Part shown: positions 40,792-50,491 of the stretch, in pieces
How positions within the stretch are numbered: position 1 is the first letter of the stretch
Layout: every line of letters begins with the position of its first letter
Origin: Candidatus Heimdallarchaeota archaeon
Lineage (GTDB): Archaea; Asgardarchaeota; Heimdallarchaeia; Hodarchaeales; Hodarchaeaceae
Assembly (NCBI GenBank): GCA_019057635.1
Contig: DXJL01000104.1
Coordinates: forward strand, 1-64,000
DNA length: 64,000 nt
Direction: 5' to 3'
The notes under the pieces: model-generated
Database searches by the model: none
What the model was told of the DNA's origin: nothing
Seen by the model: only the letters and a program-made list of their open reading frames with translations
Position numbers and translations under genes: made by a program

Positions 40792-40995
40792 ATGATTAGA
40801 AAATGCGCTCTATGTAATTTAAATCTTACTAATGACCCCAAGTTTCGAGTTTTCTCCTATTGGAAAATTAATTGCCCAGGTAAATGGCATATTTTTATTT
40901 GTAATGGCTGTATTACAAAAAATATTGATACTCCATGCACTCAAGACGAAATCAGTAAACAAAAAATAAGAAAAGGATTTCAGATTAAGCATTAA
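40792..40995 (+). CDS. Small Cys/His-rich RING-like zinc-finger protein
   Basis: C-x2-C-x19-C-x4-H-x3-C-x2-C-x8-C-x2-D; starts 3 nt after the upstream stop. Confidence 0.6.
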   Translation: MIRKCALCNLNLTNDPKFRVFSYWKINCPGKWHIFICNGCITKNIDTPCTQDEISKQKIRKGFQIKH

Positions 40996-41022
40996 CTTAC
41001 GTAACCAATGGAGATTAGCTGA

Positions 41023-41619
41023 TTGGATTTACAGATTAAGGATTATACCCCCAACTACGAGGAACAGTGGTTAGAATGTTTGAAAGAGACCTTTTATGCC
41101 TCCTCATACTATGATATGATTCTAAAAATTAAACCTCGGTATGAACAACCTATTGTCGAGCTAATTACTCTTCATGGAGGTAAAATTGTTGCTTTCCTTG
41201 ATATTGAATTGATACCTCTTTCAGAGCAGTTATGTAGTAAAGATGAAGAGTATTGTGGCCAAATATCCCTCATTGGTGTTCATCCGAAATATAGACGCCA
41301 AAAAATTGCCACTAAACTACTTGAAAACGCAATTACCAAGATTAAGAAGAATAGTCAAATTGAAAGATTAGAGGTTTCTTTCCGAGAAGATAAGGAAATT
41401 AGTACGTGGCTCCATTCGATGGATTTTTTTCCTTGCGAGAAATATTATGAAGTGAGTTTTAGTCAAGACTTTTTCATTAAATATGGTATCGAGCTTCCTT
41501 ACGGATTGAATCCTAGTATATTAACTGGATTTGTTGATCAAAAAGGGTTTCGTCTTATATCCACTGATCATCCTCCAGAGAAGACTTTTCCATATTTAAT
41601 TATGGAAAAAAAACTTTAA
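41023..41619 (+). CDS. GNAT acetyltransferase
   Basis: IGVHPKYRRQKIATKLL. Confidence 0.85.
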   Translation: MDLQIKDYTPNYEEQWLECLKETFYASSYYDMILKIKPRYEQPIVELITLHGGKIVAFLDIELIPLSEQLCSKDEEYCGQISLIGVHPKYRRQKIATKLLENAITKIKKNSQIERLEVSFREDKEISTWLHSMDFFPCEKYYEVSFSQDFFIKYGIELPYGLNPSILTGFVDQKGFRLISTDHPPEKTFPYLIMEKKL

Positions 41620-41622
41620 TTT

Positions 41623-42954
41623 CTATTCTTTTCTAAAAATTAAACAGTATATGTGACAACGATTACCTACCCATGCGTTATTGACACCTAACGCAAGCAA
41701 GCGTTTATCATCCTGTAACCAAATCTTTTCATCTTTTAAAACCCAATCTGATTCTGATAAGGTGGTTGCAGTATCGTAAGCTAACGGATAGAGCTTGCCG
41801 TTAGTAAAAACATTGTTCGTAATGACAACTAAATATCCTTTAGGTTTCATCAGGTTATGTATCTGACGAAAAACTCTTTTCTGGGTCTCCAAAAAAGTCT
41901 TGTAGTTGGTAATATTAGCAAGATCGAGTTGGTTTATTTCACTATATTTAGTGTCTAACCCTTTTGTTTTTCGATCTTTTTGACGCATTTCTGTACGATC
42001 TAGTTGACTCCAATATGGGGGAGAGGTGATAACGAAATCAATCTCAGAAAATCCGTATTTTTCCCAAATTTCGTATAACTTCAAACTATTAGCGTGGATT
42101 ACTTCCCATTCTCCTTTTTCTTTTGTTGTATAAAGAGGACTATAAGGAAGGGACGCCAGTTGGGCAAGTCGTTCATTGCTAATCCCCACATATTTTTCTG
42201 CAAGCTCAATTCCAACAGCATTTCTATTGCATTGCTTGGCTGCGATTACTGTACTACCACTTCCTAAAAAGGGATCTACAACTAGCTCTCCAGGTTTTGT
42301 GAAAAATGTGATAAACTTACGGACTAAAATTTCTGGAAATTTCGCAGGATGAAGAATTTCGTTCTTTTTACGAGGAGGAGGGCGAACAATTATCCAAGAC
42401 TTGGTCATTCGAAGCCATTCTCTGCCTGTAAGATAGTTTAACTTATTTTTTTTGTTCAAAATACCAAATGGACGCTTTTTTCTTCCTTTTTTTAGTGTTA
42501 TCAAGTCCCTCATTCCCCCCTGTTGTTCCTCTGTTTTGTAAACAAGAAATGTATTCTCTTCTAATTCATTATCAATATTGATTAGAATTCGTTCAATTTC
42601 TTGATTATAATGAGTGGCAAGTTGTGACCGTATCGATTTTGTAACTGATAAGAAGAGAGAATAACTTTGATAATCTATTGAATTTTTCAGTAAAGGGATA
42701 AATATTAACGGCGTCTCTAGATCCAAGTAAAAGAAAATTAATTTTTGTTTTTGTATCTGTAATTCGATTTGAAAACAATTCAAATTATTGTGCTTAATAA
42801 GCTCCCAAAGCTTTCTGAAGCTGGCTTTTTCTGGATGCTTAAGAAGATCATCAAGAGAAAAAACATGTAATAAAGTGTGAGGATGGCTAATAAACTCAAA
42901 ATACTTCCATATTTCATTAGTAACATCCTCTGGGCCTTTAGATAAAGATTTCAT
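41623..42954 (-). CDS. Amino (N4-C/N6-A) DNA methyltransferase with an N-terminal extension
   Basis: HPAKFP, DPFLGSGST, GIEL and TSPPY. Confidence 0.9.
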   Translation of the reverse strand: MKSLSKGPEDVTNEIWKYFEFISHPHTLLHVFSLDDLLKHPEKASFRKLWELIKHNNLNCFQIELQIQKQKLIFFYLDLETPLIFIPLLKNSIDYQSYSLFLSVTKSIRSQLATHYNQEIERILINIDNELEENTFLVYKTEEQQGGMRDLITLKKGRKKRPFGILNKKNKLNYLTGREWLRMTKSWIIVRPPPRKKNEILHPAKFPEILVRKFITFFTKPGELVVDPFLGSGSTVIAAKQCNRNAVGIELAEKYVGISNERLAQLASLPYSPLYTTKEKGEWEVIHANSLKLYEIWEKYGFSEIDFVITSPPYWSQLDRTEMRQKDRKTKGLDTKYSEINQLDLANITNYKTFLETQKRVFRQIHNLMKPKGYLVVITNNVFTNGKLYPLAYDTATTLSESDWVLKDEKIWLQDDKRLLALGVNNAWVGNRCHIYCLIFRKE

Positions 42955-43089
42955 TTATTATGCTAGCTTCCTATATTCTTAAAACAGCTTGTTTTTTATT
43001 ATGTGATGTATCTCGAAGAGAAAGTTAAAAAGGATATTTGGTTATAGTTAGATGATAATAGCGATATTGTCTTTTAGAGTCGTATCAAG

Positions 43090-43467
43090 ATGCCAGACTA
43101 TTGTGTTAACTGCGGTGAAAAGCTTGTTCAAGATGATATTTTCTGTAGTAACTGTGGAAGTGAAATAAAACAGGAGAAACCATCCTATAGTCCAAGACCT
43201 AGGCGTACATCAGACTATTCCGCTCGTAGTAACGTAACACCTCCCAAATTGTTTCGAAGTCGAAACGATCGGTGGATATTAGGTGTGTGTGGAGGTTTAG
43301 GAAGACATTTCAGTATTGATCCCATCCTCGTTCGAATAGGATTTATTATCACATTTTTTTTCTATGGATCAAGTCTCATTTTGTACATTATTTTAGTAAT
43401 TTTCATTGAAGAAGAAGAGCTAAATTCCGAATTTGCACCATCTCAAATATACGAACCACCCTATTAA
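43090..43467 (+). CDS. Zinc-ribbon plus PspC-domain protein
   Basis: CVNCG...CSNCG; KLFRSRNDRWILGVCGGLG...DPILVRI. Confidence 0.9.
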   Translation: MPDYCVNCGEKLVQDDIFCSNCGSEIKQEKPSYSPRPRRTSDYSARSNVTPPKLFRSRNDRWILGVCGGLGRHFSIDPILVRIGFIITFFFYGSSLILYIILVIFIEEEELNSEFAPSQIYEPPY

Positions 43468-43566
43468 CGGATTTTGTATTCACATTTAACAAATTTCGTT
43501 GAATCTCGTATCGACCCGTTTTAAAACGAATTTTCTACACCGCTGAGTTCAATTAGAATATCGGAT

Positions 43567-43803
43567 TTGACAAATATGAATTATGATATTAAATTACCAG
43601 AAGAACTAGTTAACTTCTTCGATTCTGTTTTTACAGTGTTCGATTTAGAATTTACCGACAAGGAAAATATGTTGAAGCACGTATTACTCGAGAGTCTCGA
43701 GCATAGATTAGAACATATGGCTGAAAACCAAAGTTTTGAGCAACATAAGAAGTATCACAATTTAATTGGTAATGAAAAAGTTAAATGTGTTAGTTCTGAG
43801 TGA
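43567..43803 (+). CDS. Hypothetical protein
   Basis: 78-aa ORF; no family recognised. Confidence 0.5.
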   Translation: MTNMNYDIKLPEELVNFFDSVFTVFDLEFTDKENMLKHVLLESLEHRLEHMAENQSFEQHKKYHNLIGNEKVKCVSSE

Positions 43804-43832
43804 TTTCACATTATCCAATTTATATTCTGAAA

Positions 43833-43859
43833 CTCCTCAAGAGCGCATATCCTTGAGGA
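43833..43859. terminator. Hairpin between convergent genes
   Basis: TCCTCAAG-N10-CTTGAGGA stem. Confidence 0.35.
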
Positions 43860-43863
43860 TACT

Positions 43864-44049
43864 TTATTCTTTTTCCCCGTATTCAATTTCCAGAGAAATT
43901 TTTTGAATATCCATTCCTTTTATACGTAATGAACTTACCATTCCAAAAGTTGAGTATCCAATAAAGTCTTGAACAAACTGTTTGAGGCCAATAGACTTAC
44001 CATTTACTTTGAGCTTTAATTCATTAACTTCTTTCATTTTCAACACCAA
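43864..44049 (-). CDS. Small protein resembling the archaeal MobB C-terminal domain
   Basis: LKVNGKSIGLKQFVQDFI...GMVSSLR pattern. Confidence 0.6.
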   Translation of the reverse strand: MVLKMKEVNELKLKVNGKSIGLKQFVQDFIGYSTFGMVSSLRIKGMDIQKISLEIEYGEKE

Positions 44050-44118
44050 GCCATATTTTAGAATCTTCAGGAGATAATTATTAAAATTCTATCCTAGAAT
44101 TTAGGGGAGTGTGATCCG

Positions 44119-44868
44119 GTGTCAGTTGTGAACTTAATTAATCTTGAGAATGTATCCAAATATTATACAATGGGAGAAGTCCAAGTTAATGCACTATCGG
44201 ACCTTTCCTTAGAGATTGATAGAGGGAAATTTGTCGTTCTGATAGGTCCCTCTGGTACTGGAAAAAGTACATTATTAAATATAATAAGTGCGATTGATAC
44301 CCCATCTAAAGGAAGAATTCTAATTGAAGGAGTTGATATCTCATTCCTGACCCGAAAACAACGTGCTCAATTTCGAAGACACAAGATTGGGTTTATATTT
44401 CAGTTTTTTAATCTTTTACCAACCTTAACTGCAGTAGAAAATGTTGAATTCGGTCTTGCATTAGTAGGTGTTACCAATTCATCTGGAAACATTTCCTACG
44501 ATACAAGAGACATTCACTCGACAGCTTTGGGATGGCTTGAAAAGGTTGGATTAACTCACAGAGCCAATCACTTTCCCAGCCAAATGAGTGGGGGAGAACA
44601 ACAAAGAGTTGCAATTGCGAGGGCATTAGCTAAAGATCCTCCTATTATAATAGCTGACGAACCAACAGGAAATTTAGATTTTCGTACAGGGATTAAAGTT
44701 CTTAAATTAATGAAAGAATTAAACAAACAAACTCAGAAAACATTCATCATTGCTACTCACAACAGTCAACTTGCAAAAATTGCTGATTATGTAATTTCTC
44801 TTCAAATGGGAGGGGTAGAAACCTATGATCAAATACCCAAGGAAGATCTTGACAATCTCATATGGTAA
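44119..44868 (+). CDS. ABC transporter ATPase (LolD/MacB type)
   Basis: [22 protein letters not shown] and ADEPTGNLD. Confidence 0.95.
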   Translation: MSVVNLINLENVSKYYTMGEVQVNALSDLSLEIDRGKFVVLIGPSGTGKSTLLNIISAIDTPSKGRILIEGVDISFLTRKQRAQFRRHKIGFIFQFFNLLPTLTAVENVEFGLALVGVTNSSGNISYDTRDIHSTALGWLEKVGLTHRANHFPSQMSGGEQQRVAIARALAKDPPIIIADEPTGNLDFRTGIKVLKLMKELNKQTQKTFIIATHNSQLAKIADYVISLQMGGVETYDQIPKEDLDNLIW

Positions 44869-44871
44869 GAT

Positions 44872-47559
44872 ATGACAAAAAGGACGAAGAATATGAATTT
44901 TCTTTCTCAATATTGGCGTAAAAAACTGATTGGAGATATCAAACAGCAAAAGTTGTTGTTTTCAGCCTTATTTTTCCTTTGTATCTTTGGAGTAGGTTCC
45001 TATGTAACTCTCACCATGGGATATACGAATTTATATGCTTCTTTGGATAGAATATATGCAACTACTAATTTTGCTGATGTGGAAATAAATACACACTCTG
45101 ATATATGGTTTAATATCTCAGAAGTTGAGTCATTCGTCAAAAATTTTTCTAAACAGAACCCTGAAGTCGGTACAATAAATTTTCGTCTATTAGCCGCATC
45201 AGGATATAATTCGTCAATTGAAACTAAAGACGGTACTCGTTTTCAGCTTACTGCTGGACGAGCTATTGGAATTGACTGGACTTTCTCTCAAACTGAGATG
45301 GTTAATGGATTTATTTTTACAGAAGGGATGGAAAATCCTAATCCAGTGAATAATTCGATCCTTTTAGAAGCTCATTATGCTCGTACTTACGATTTGCATG
45401 TCAATGATTCACTCCAAACTAAGATAAACGGACAGGAATTTAATCTTACTATTCAAGGTATTGTTTATAATCCAGAATCACTAATTGTAATTCCTTCACG
45501 TCATGATTTTTTACCCAATAATCGATTTGGTAATATTTATCTACCTTTAAGAGCTTTACAAGAATATACTAATCTCACTGATCTAGCAAATAATATTATA
45601 ATTAAATTAGCAGATGATTTACACGATGAAGCGCGTTCTTCAATAGTTTCTAACTTCTATAGAGAGCTTAATCTATACACCACCAATTCGTTTGCACCAC
45701 CTATTTTTCAAGAATACCAGGTCTCGAATTGGGCAATTAATATGGATTTAGAGGAAATCAATAAAATTGCTATTGTCCTACCTATTCTAATTCTTGGTGT
45801 AGCAAGCATTGCCATTTTTATTACTTTAAATCGTCTAGTACAAAGTCAACGTCGAATAATCGGAATTGCTTCAAGTCTTGGTTATACACCCAATGACATT
45901 CTTCTCCATTATACCTCTTTTTCCCTAATACTGGGGATTTTAGGGAGTCTCGTAGGAATAATTTTGGGAATTTTATTATCTGGAGGTATAACCTGGGTAT
46001 ATGCCTACTTCATGGGTTTTCCAGCCATTATTTCGGTGGAATTACAACTAGAAGTAATCCTAAGTGCATTTTTCATCGGGGTATCAGTGACATTTATCAG
46101 TGGTCTAATCCCCGCTGTTAAAGCTAATTTAATTTCACCACGAGAGGCACTTCAGGGGAATATCACAGTCGGAAAGGGACGATTTTCATTCATTGAGAAG
46201 TTATTAAGGATTCGATCATTTCGTATCCGCTTTACAATTCCTCTTCGTAATCTTTTTAGGCAAAGATCGCGCACTATTGCAACGATATTCGCGATTTCTG
46301 CCTCTGTGATGATTTTAGTTGTATCAGGTGCATTTAACGATTCAATAAACACTGGAATCTCCAAACAATTTTCTGAAACATCACCGTATCACTTAACGGT
46401 TAGTTATGATGGTTTTAAATTTGCAGACCTTGGATTACTAGATGATATTGCTTTTATTGAACAACTACCAGGTGTTGAGTCAGTAGATCCAGTTTTAGAG
46501 CTTCCCTCTATACTTGAGACAAGTAGTCGAAAGGAAGAAGCTCTAATCATAGCATGGAACTCCTCATCTCCTCGAGCTCACAATTTTCAATGGACTTCGA
46601 AAGGAGATCAATTATTACCCAACAGCAGTCTTATACTCACTTCTGGTCTAGCTAGGACTTTAGGTTCCTCTACAGGCAGTATTTTATCTTATGGATATCC
46701 AAGAATTCCTTATTTGAATTCTGCTTTTGAAATTGCTAATGCAACATGGAATATATGGTTTACATTTGGTGAAGAGCGTGCTAGAAATGAGACTTTAGAT
46801 GAAATATATTCACTCATCACCCGAAACAAAGAACGCTTATCATTCTCCCAGACCTCGGAAGGTGTTAACCTTAGGAATGCAGATATCACGGTAACAGGAG
46901 TATCTGAAGAGATATGGGGCAGTGTAGCTTATACCACTGTACAAACTCTTACAGAATCAATGGGTATTGATATTTTCAAAAATTCTCATCTTGACATTGA
47001 CTTATCTCCTTATTCCAAGTTAATTCTAAAGGTAAAAAATCCAAACAATCTTACTATTTTAGAAAATATAAAAACAGAGATCAGTTCTCTTAGTGAAATA
47101 CGTTCTATTACTTTTGGGTACGATTTCCGAACATCAGTCAACCTCACTATGACTGCTTTCAATGTAATTGTAACCATTTTCATTATTTTTGCCTGTATTT
47201 TAGCAGGAGCTGCAATTTTCACAACTATACACATAAACTTTCAAGAACGAGCACGTGAAAGTGCCACAATGTTAACACTTGGTTTATCGGATCAAGAATT
47301 CCTATTCATCATTACAATTGAAAATGTCTTCCAAACAATAATGGGTATCCTCGGTGGAATTCTTCCTGGTCTTTTACTTGCAGATTGGATTCTTAGTAAT
47401 GCTTTAAGAACTTTTTACTTCAGGATCATAGTTACACCCCAAACCTGGATTATTTTATGGTTTGGTGTATTATTAATTGTCCTTATATCACAGATTCCTG
47501 CGATAATACAAGGAGTCAAGATGGATCTTGCAGAAGTCACAAAGGAATTTTCTCATTAA
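44872..47559 (+). CDS. ABC permease with duplicated FtsX/MacB domains
   Basis: Two blocks of TM, large loop and 3 TM; QRRIIGI..SLG and ERARESATM..LG. Confidence 0.9.
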   Translation: MTKRTKNMNFLSQYWRKKLIGDIKQQKLLFSALFFLCIFGVGSYVTLTMGYTNLYASLDRIYATTNFADVEINTHSDIWFNISEVESFVKNFSKQNPEVGTINFRLLAASGYNSSIETKDGTRFQLTAGRAIGIDWTFSQTEMVNGFIFTEGMENPNPVNNSILLEAHYARTYDLHVNDSLQTKINGQEFNLTIQGIVYNPESLIVIPSRHDFLPNNRFGNIYLPLRALQEYTNLTDLANNIIIKLADDLHDEARSSIVSNFYRELNLYTTNSFAPPIFQEYQVSNWAINMDLEEINKIAIVLPILILGVASIAIFITLNRLVQSQRRIIGIASSLGYTPNDILLHYTSFSLILGILGSLVGIILGILLSGGITWVYAYFMGFPAIISVELQLEVILSAFFIGVSVTFISGLIPAVKANLISPREALQGNITVGKGRFSFIEKLLRIRSFRIRFTIPLRNLFRQRSRTIATIFAISASVMILVVSGAFNDSINTGISKQFSETSPYHLTVSYDGFKFADLGLLDDIAFIEQLPGVESVDPVLELPSILETSSRKEEALIIAWNSSSPRAHNFQWTSKGDQLLPNSSLILTSGLARTLGSSTGSILSYGYPRIPYLNSAFEIANATWNIWFTFGEERARNETLDEIYSLITRNKERLSFSQTSEGVNLRNADITVTGVSEEIWGSVAYTTVQTLTESMGIDIFKNSHLDIDLSPYSKLILKVKNPNNLTILENIKTEISSLSEIRSITFGYDFRTSVNLTMTAFNVIVTIFIIFACILAGAAIFTTIHINFQERARESATMLTLGLSDQEFLFIITIENVFQTIMGILGGILPGLLLADWILSNALRTFYFRIIVTPQTWIILWFGVLLIVLISQIPAIIQGVKMDLAEVTKEFSH

Positions 47560-47617
47560 TTTTATCATATACGATTGTCTACAAAATAAGATTTGTGGGT
47601 CATGTGTCTATAGTGGA

Positions 47618-49015
47618 TCAATCAGAGGTGGGTATGTTGGCAACAACTCGTCCATCATGTTTTAAGTCGATTAGATCACGCTGATGTAACGGCTTAAGCT
47701 GGTTTTCTAAAACGATTGGATCCATACCAACACTTTTGGCTAAGGCATCTAAGCTCATTTCCCCATTCATTCTAATAAGGATTGTAATCGGTGCATAGTT
47801 AGAAAGGGATAGAACTTGTTCAATATAATCATTAATATTTCTAACTCTGTTCAAAGTTTGAGTTGTGATCTTTGTTAGCTTTATTTCTGATTCACGATCC
47901 CTAGCTTCTTCTAATTCTGCGTTTACTTTATCTATTTCTATTTTATAATCTGTTAAATTTTTGGATATATTGTCATTTAGCTCTACGAGCTCCGTTATCT
48001 GTACATCCATTTGTGTTGCGTTATTTTCAAGTGAAGCATTTCTTGCAGATAATTCTGTAATTTGAGTATGCAATTCTTTCGAGATATCAGCTTTCTTTGT
48101 TTGAGCTTCTACCAGTTTAGCTTGTAGTTCTTCTATTTCCGCCTGGAATTGTTTGGTGTTATCTCTTAAGCGCGTTTTAGCTGATTCTTCATATTCTTGT
48201 TTAACTTTAGTTAATGAGATCTGGAACTGCTCGTTTTTAAATTTGTATTTTTCTTGTTGCTCTTGTATTAGCTTCTGATATTCTTCCTGTTGTTCAGAAT
48301 ATGCACTGGCCCAAGTTTCCATTGCTTCCGATGCTTGAGAATCCGTAAGAGAGTTTAATCGGGAAATTTCAGCAGTTTTGTCAATTAATTCCATCTGTAA
48401 GGAGGCATTTTTCTCTTCTAGCGTAACGAAATTTTCACCTTTATTATCTAACTTACTTGTTTTTTCACTCAATTCGTTTACAGTTTCTTCCAGTTGAAAT
48501 GATAAATCTTCATTTTTGGTTTTCTCTTCGATTATAAGATTCTGCATTTCTTTTTGATAACTGTCGAATTTTGACTCAATTTCAGCATACTCTTTCTCTT
48601 TCATCTTTAATTGTTCTTGCAAGGATTCATTTATATGATTCAATCGGGACAGATCATTAGTTTGATTTTTTAGCCTTTCTCGGTCGTATTTGGTAAATTT
48701 TTCGTTTGCACCTGTGTCATCGAACGTAACATCTTGGATTAACATATTTTTTATCCAATTAAATGAAGACATTGTAATACGTGTTAATTGGCTCTCGATA
48801 GACCTATTAACATCATCATCAAGTGATTTCAACAATGAATCAACATATACTCGATCTTCATGTCGTGTGATGATATTCGACCGATTCAGTAGGTCATTTT
48901 TGAATCCACTGAATGACACTCCCAATGTTTGAATTGCTATCTTTCTATCCTTCGCTAAATCCTTAATAAATTCTAACCCATATTTTCGTAATTTGGATTC
49001 ATTCGATTCATCCAT
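47618..49015 (-). CDS. Long coiled-coil protein with a C-terminal winged helix
   Basis: About 280 aa of E/K/Q/L heptads, then GEMSLDALAKSVGMDPIVLENQLKPLHQRDLI. The native ATG is the CATG at 49013-49016; the ATG at 49021 lies inside the MITE end. Confidence 0.8.
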   Translation of the reverse strand: MDESNESKLRKYGLEFIKDLAKDRKIAIQTLGVSFSGFKNDLLNRSNIITRHEDRVYVDSLLKSLDDDVNRSIESQLTRITMSSFNWIKNMLIQDVTFDDTGANEKFTKYDRERLKNQTNDLSRLNHINESLQEQLKMKEKEYAEIESKFDSYQKEMQNLIIEEKTKNEDLSFQLEETVNELSEKTSKLDNKGENFVTLEEKNASLQMELIDKTAEISRLNSLTDSQASEAMETWASAYSEQQEEYQKLIQEQQEKYKFKNEQFQISLTKVKQEYEESAKTRLRDNTKQFQAEIEELQAKLVEAQTKKADISKELHTQITELSARNASLENNATQMDVQITELVELNDNISKNLTDYKIEIDKVNAELEEARDRESEIKLTKITTQTLNRVRNINDYIEQVLSLSNYAPITILIRMNGEMSLDALAKSVGMDPIVLENQLKPLHQRDLIDLKHDGRVVANIPTSD

Positions 49016-49016
49016 G

Positions 49017-49370
49017 GTCATTTTTGTCCGACAAAGTGATTTTCTTCATATTCGCTGACCTCTCTCTCTCACAACCTTAAAAGGTCTCCCTCCCTCACAT
49101 CTTCAACCTTGAGGTGATGAAAAAAATACTTCCTTAGCTCCAAGGTCATAATCTCTTGTAACTTCGTTAGACGAGTTACCCGTCAAAGGCAAGAGAGCAT
49201 TGCCCCAAATATGTTGAAAATTATTGATGTTGTGGATGTCAAAACTAGATGTGTTTCAAGTAGTCCCAACGGAAAGCATACATTCTCTTGTTGCTAACCT
49301 GCCGGATAGTAGATGTGTGACTCATCCAGTCCATAACTATTTTTCTAAATAGTTGTCTGACAAATTTAGT
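49017..49370 (+). mobile_element. Internally deleted non-autonomous copy of the TnpB/CATG element (354 bp)
   Basis: Left end CATG-GTCATTTTTGTCCGACAAA, followed by CTGACCTCTCTCTCT (the full element has CTGATCTCTCTCTGT). The right end encodes QVVPTESIHSLVANLPDSRCVTHPV and ends GTTGTCTGACAAATTTAGT-CATG (49371-49374). Confidence 0.85.
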
Positions 49371-49442
49371 CATGAGACTTTTATGTAGAAACTGCAGCAA
49401 AAATATTCGCTAACAGATTGGTGATCCTGCAAATATTTTTAA

Positions 49443-50474
49443 TTATCCTTTCCACACATTGCTAGTATTGCGAGGAACGGGAATATCTTTCATTGTATAG
49501 AGTCCTTCACTGGAATTACATGCCTGTGGAATTAAATTTACGACCATAGCTGCTGTACCAAGATCACCATGTACGCCTCCAATTATTTTTTGATTGATAT
49601 TAGGCGTTCCTTGTATATTAACACTATCATATTCCTCATGATCCCCAGCGAAGGCAATAAAATCCATTGAGATGAAAATTTCTCCTTTATCCAAATTTAT
49701 TTGAGTAGCGTTACTTTTCAAGCCACAAACATCCCCTTTTTGAATTAATTTACCATAGGAAGTCATGAAATCCTGTGTAGCAAGTATGGGTTCAGGGAGT
49801 GATTCTACAATCCTTCCGTAAGATAAACCTAATGCTCCGATAATCATCTGAATTGATTCTTTTAATCCTACATGACCAGTTATTTCTTTCTTCTTAATTT
49901 TATCTTGAAACTCACTCGGTGACAAACCCGTACCAATCTTTCTTTGAAAGGGTTCTCTTCTTTTAGATGAGTTCATCATTCGTGTAATAGATATCTTTTC
50001 TACTTCTTGACAGGGAGCTGTTAACACTATTGGTAATAGATCCATCAAATATCCTGGATTAATACCCGTTCCAATAATAGTACACCCCTTTTCCTTTGCC
50101 AATTTGTCTAACTCCTGTGACAATTCTGGGTGGTTAATATATGGATAAGAAAGCTCTTCACAGATAGATATGACATTTATCCCCTCTAAGACTATCTCTT
50201 TGATAGTAGATGCAGCACTTATTAAGGAGGAGGTCGTAGCAACGATAACAACGTCAACTTGGGTACTAGCCAATATTGGTTTGAAGCTCTTTTGGATTTT
50301 AATTTGAGGAGCTGATGAATTTTCCAAAACATCACTTAATAATTGACCCTCAAGCTGAGGATCAATATCTACAACCCCTAGAAGATTGATATTTTCACGA
50401 GAAATTAGCAAACTGGTAATAAGTTTACCCATTGGACCTAAACCGATTTGTACAATATTAAAACCTTTAGCCAT
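49443..50474 (-). CDS. 2,4-diaminopentanoate dehydrogenase (Ord) / DapB-like oxidoreductase
   Basis: GLGPMG, SICEELSYP, GTGINPG, KIGTGL, GHVGL and GGVHGD. Confidence 0.85.
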   Translation of the reverse strand: MAKGFNIVQIGLGPMGKLITSLLISRENINLLGVVDIDPQLEGQLLSDVLENSSAPQIKIQKSFKPILASTQVDVVIVATTSSLISAASTIKEIVLEGINVISICEELSYPYINHPELSQELDKLAKEKGCTIIGTGINPGYLMDLLPIVLTAPCQEVEKISITRMMNSSKRREPFQRKIGTGLSPSEFQDKIKKKEITGHVGLKESIQMIIGALGLSYGRIVESLPEPILATQDFMTSYGKLIQKGDVCGLKSNATQINLDKGEIFISMDFIAFAGDHEEYDSVNIQGTPNINQKIIGGVHGDLGTAAMVVNLIPQACNSSEGLYTMKDIPVPRNTSNVWKG

Positions 50475-50491
50475 TCTAATTCGAACCACTT

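Noticed and set aside
5945-49374. The three TnpB right-end copies as a CRISPR-like array.
   Set aside because: They are dispersed over more than 40 kb, in both orientations, and carry tnpB coding remnants.
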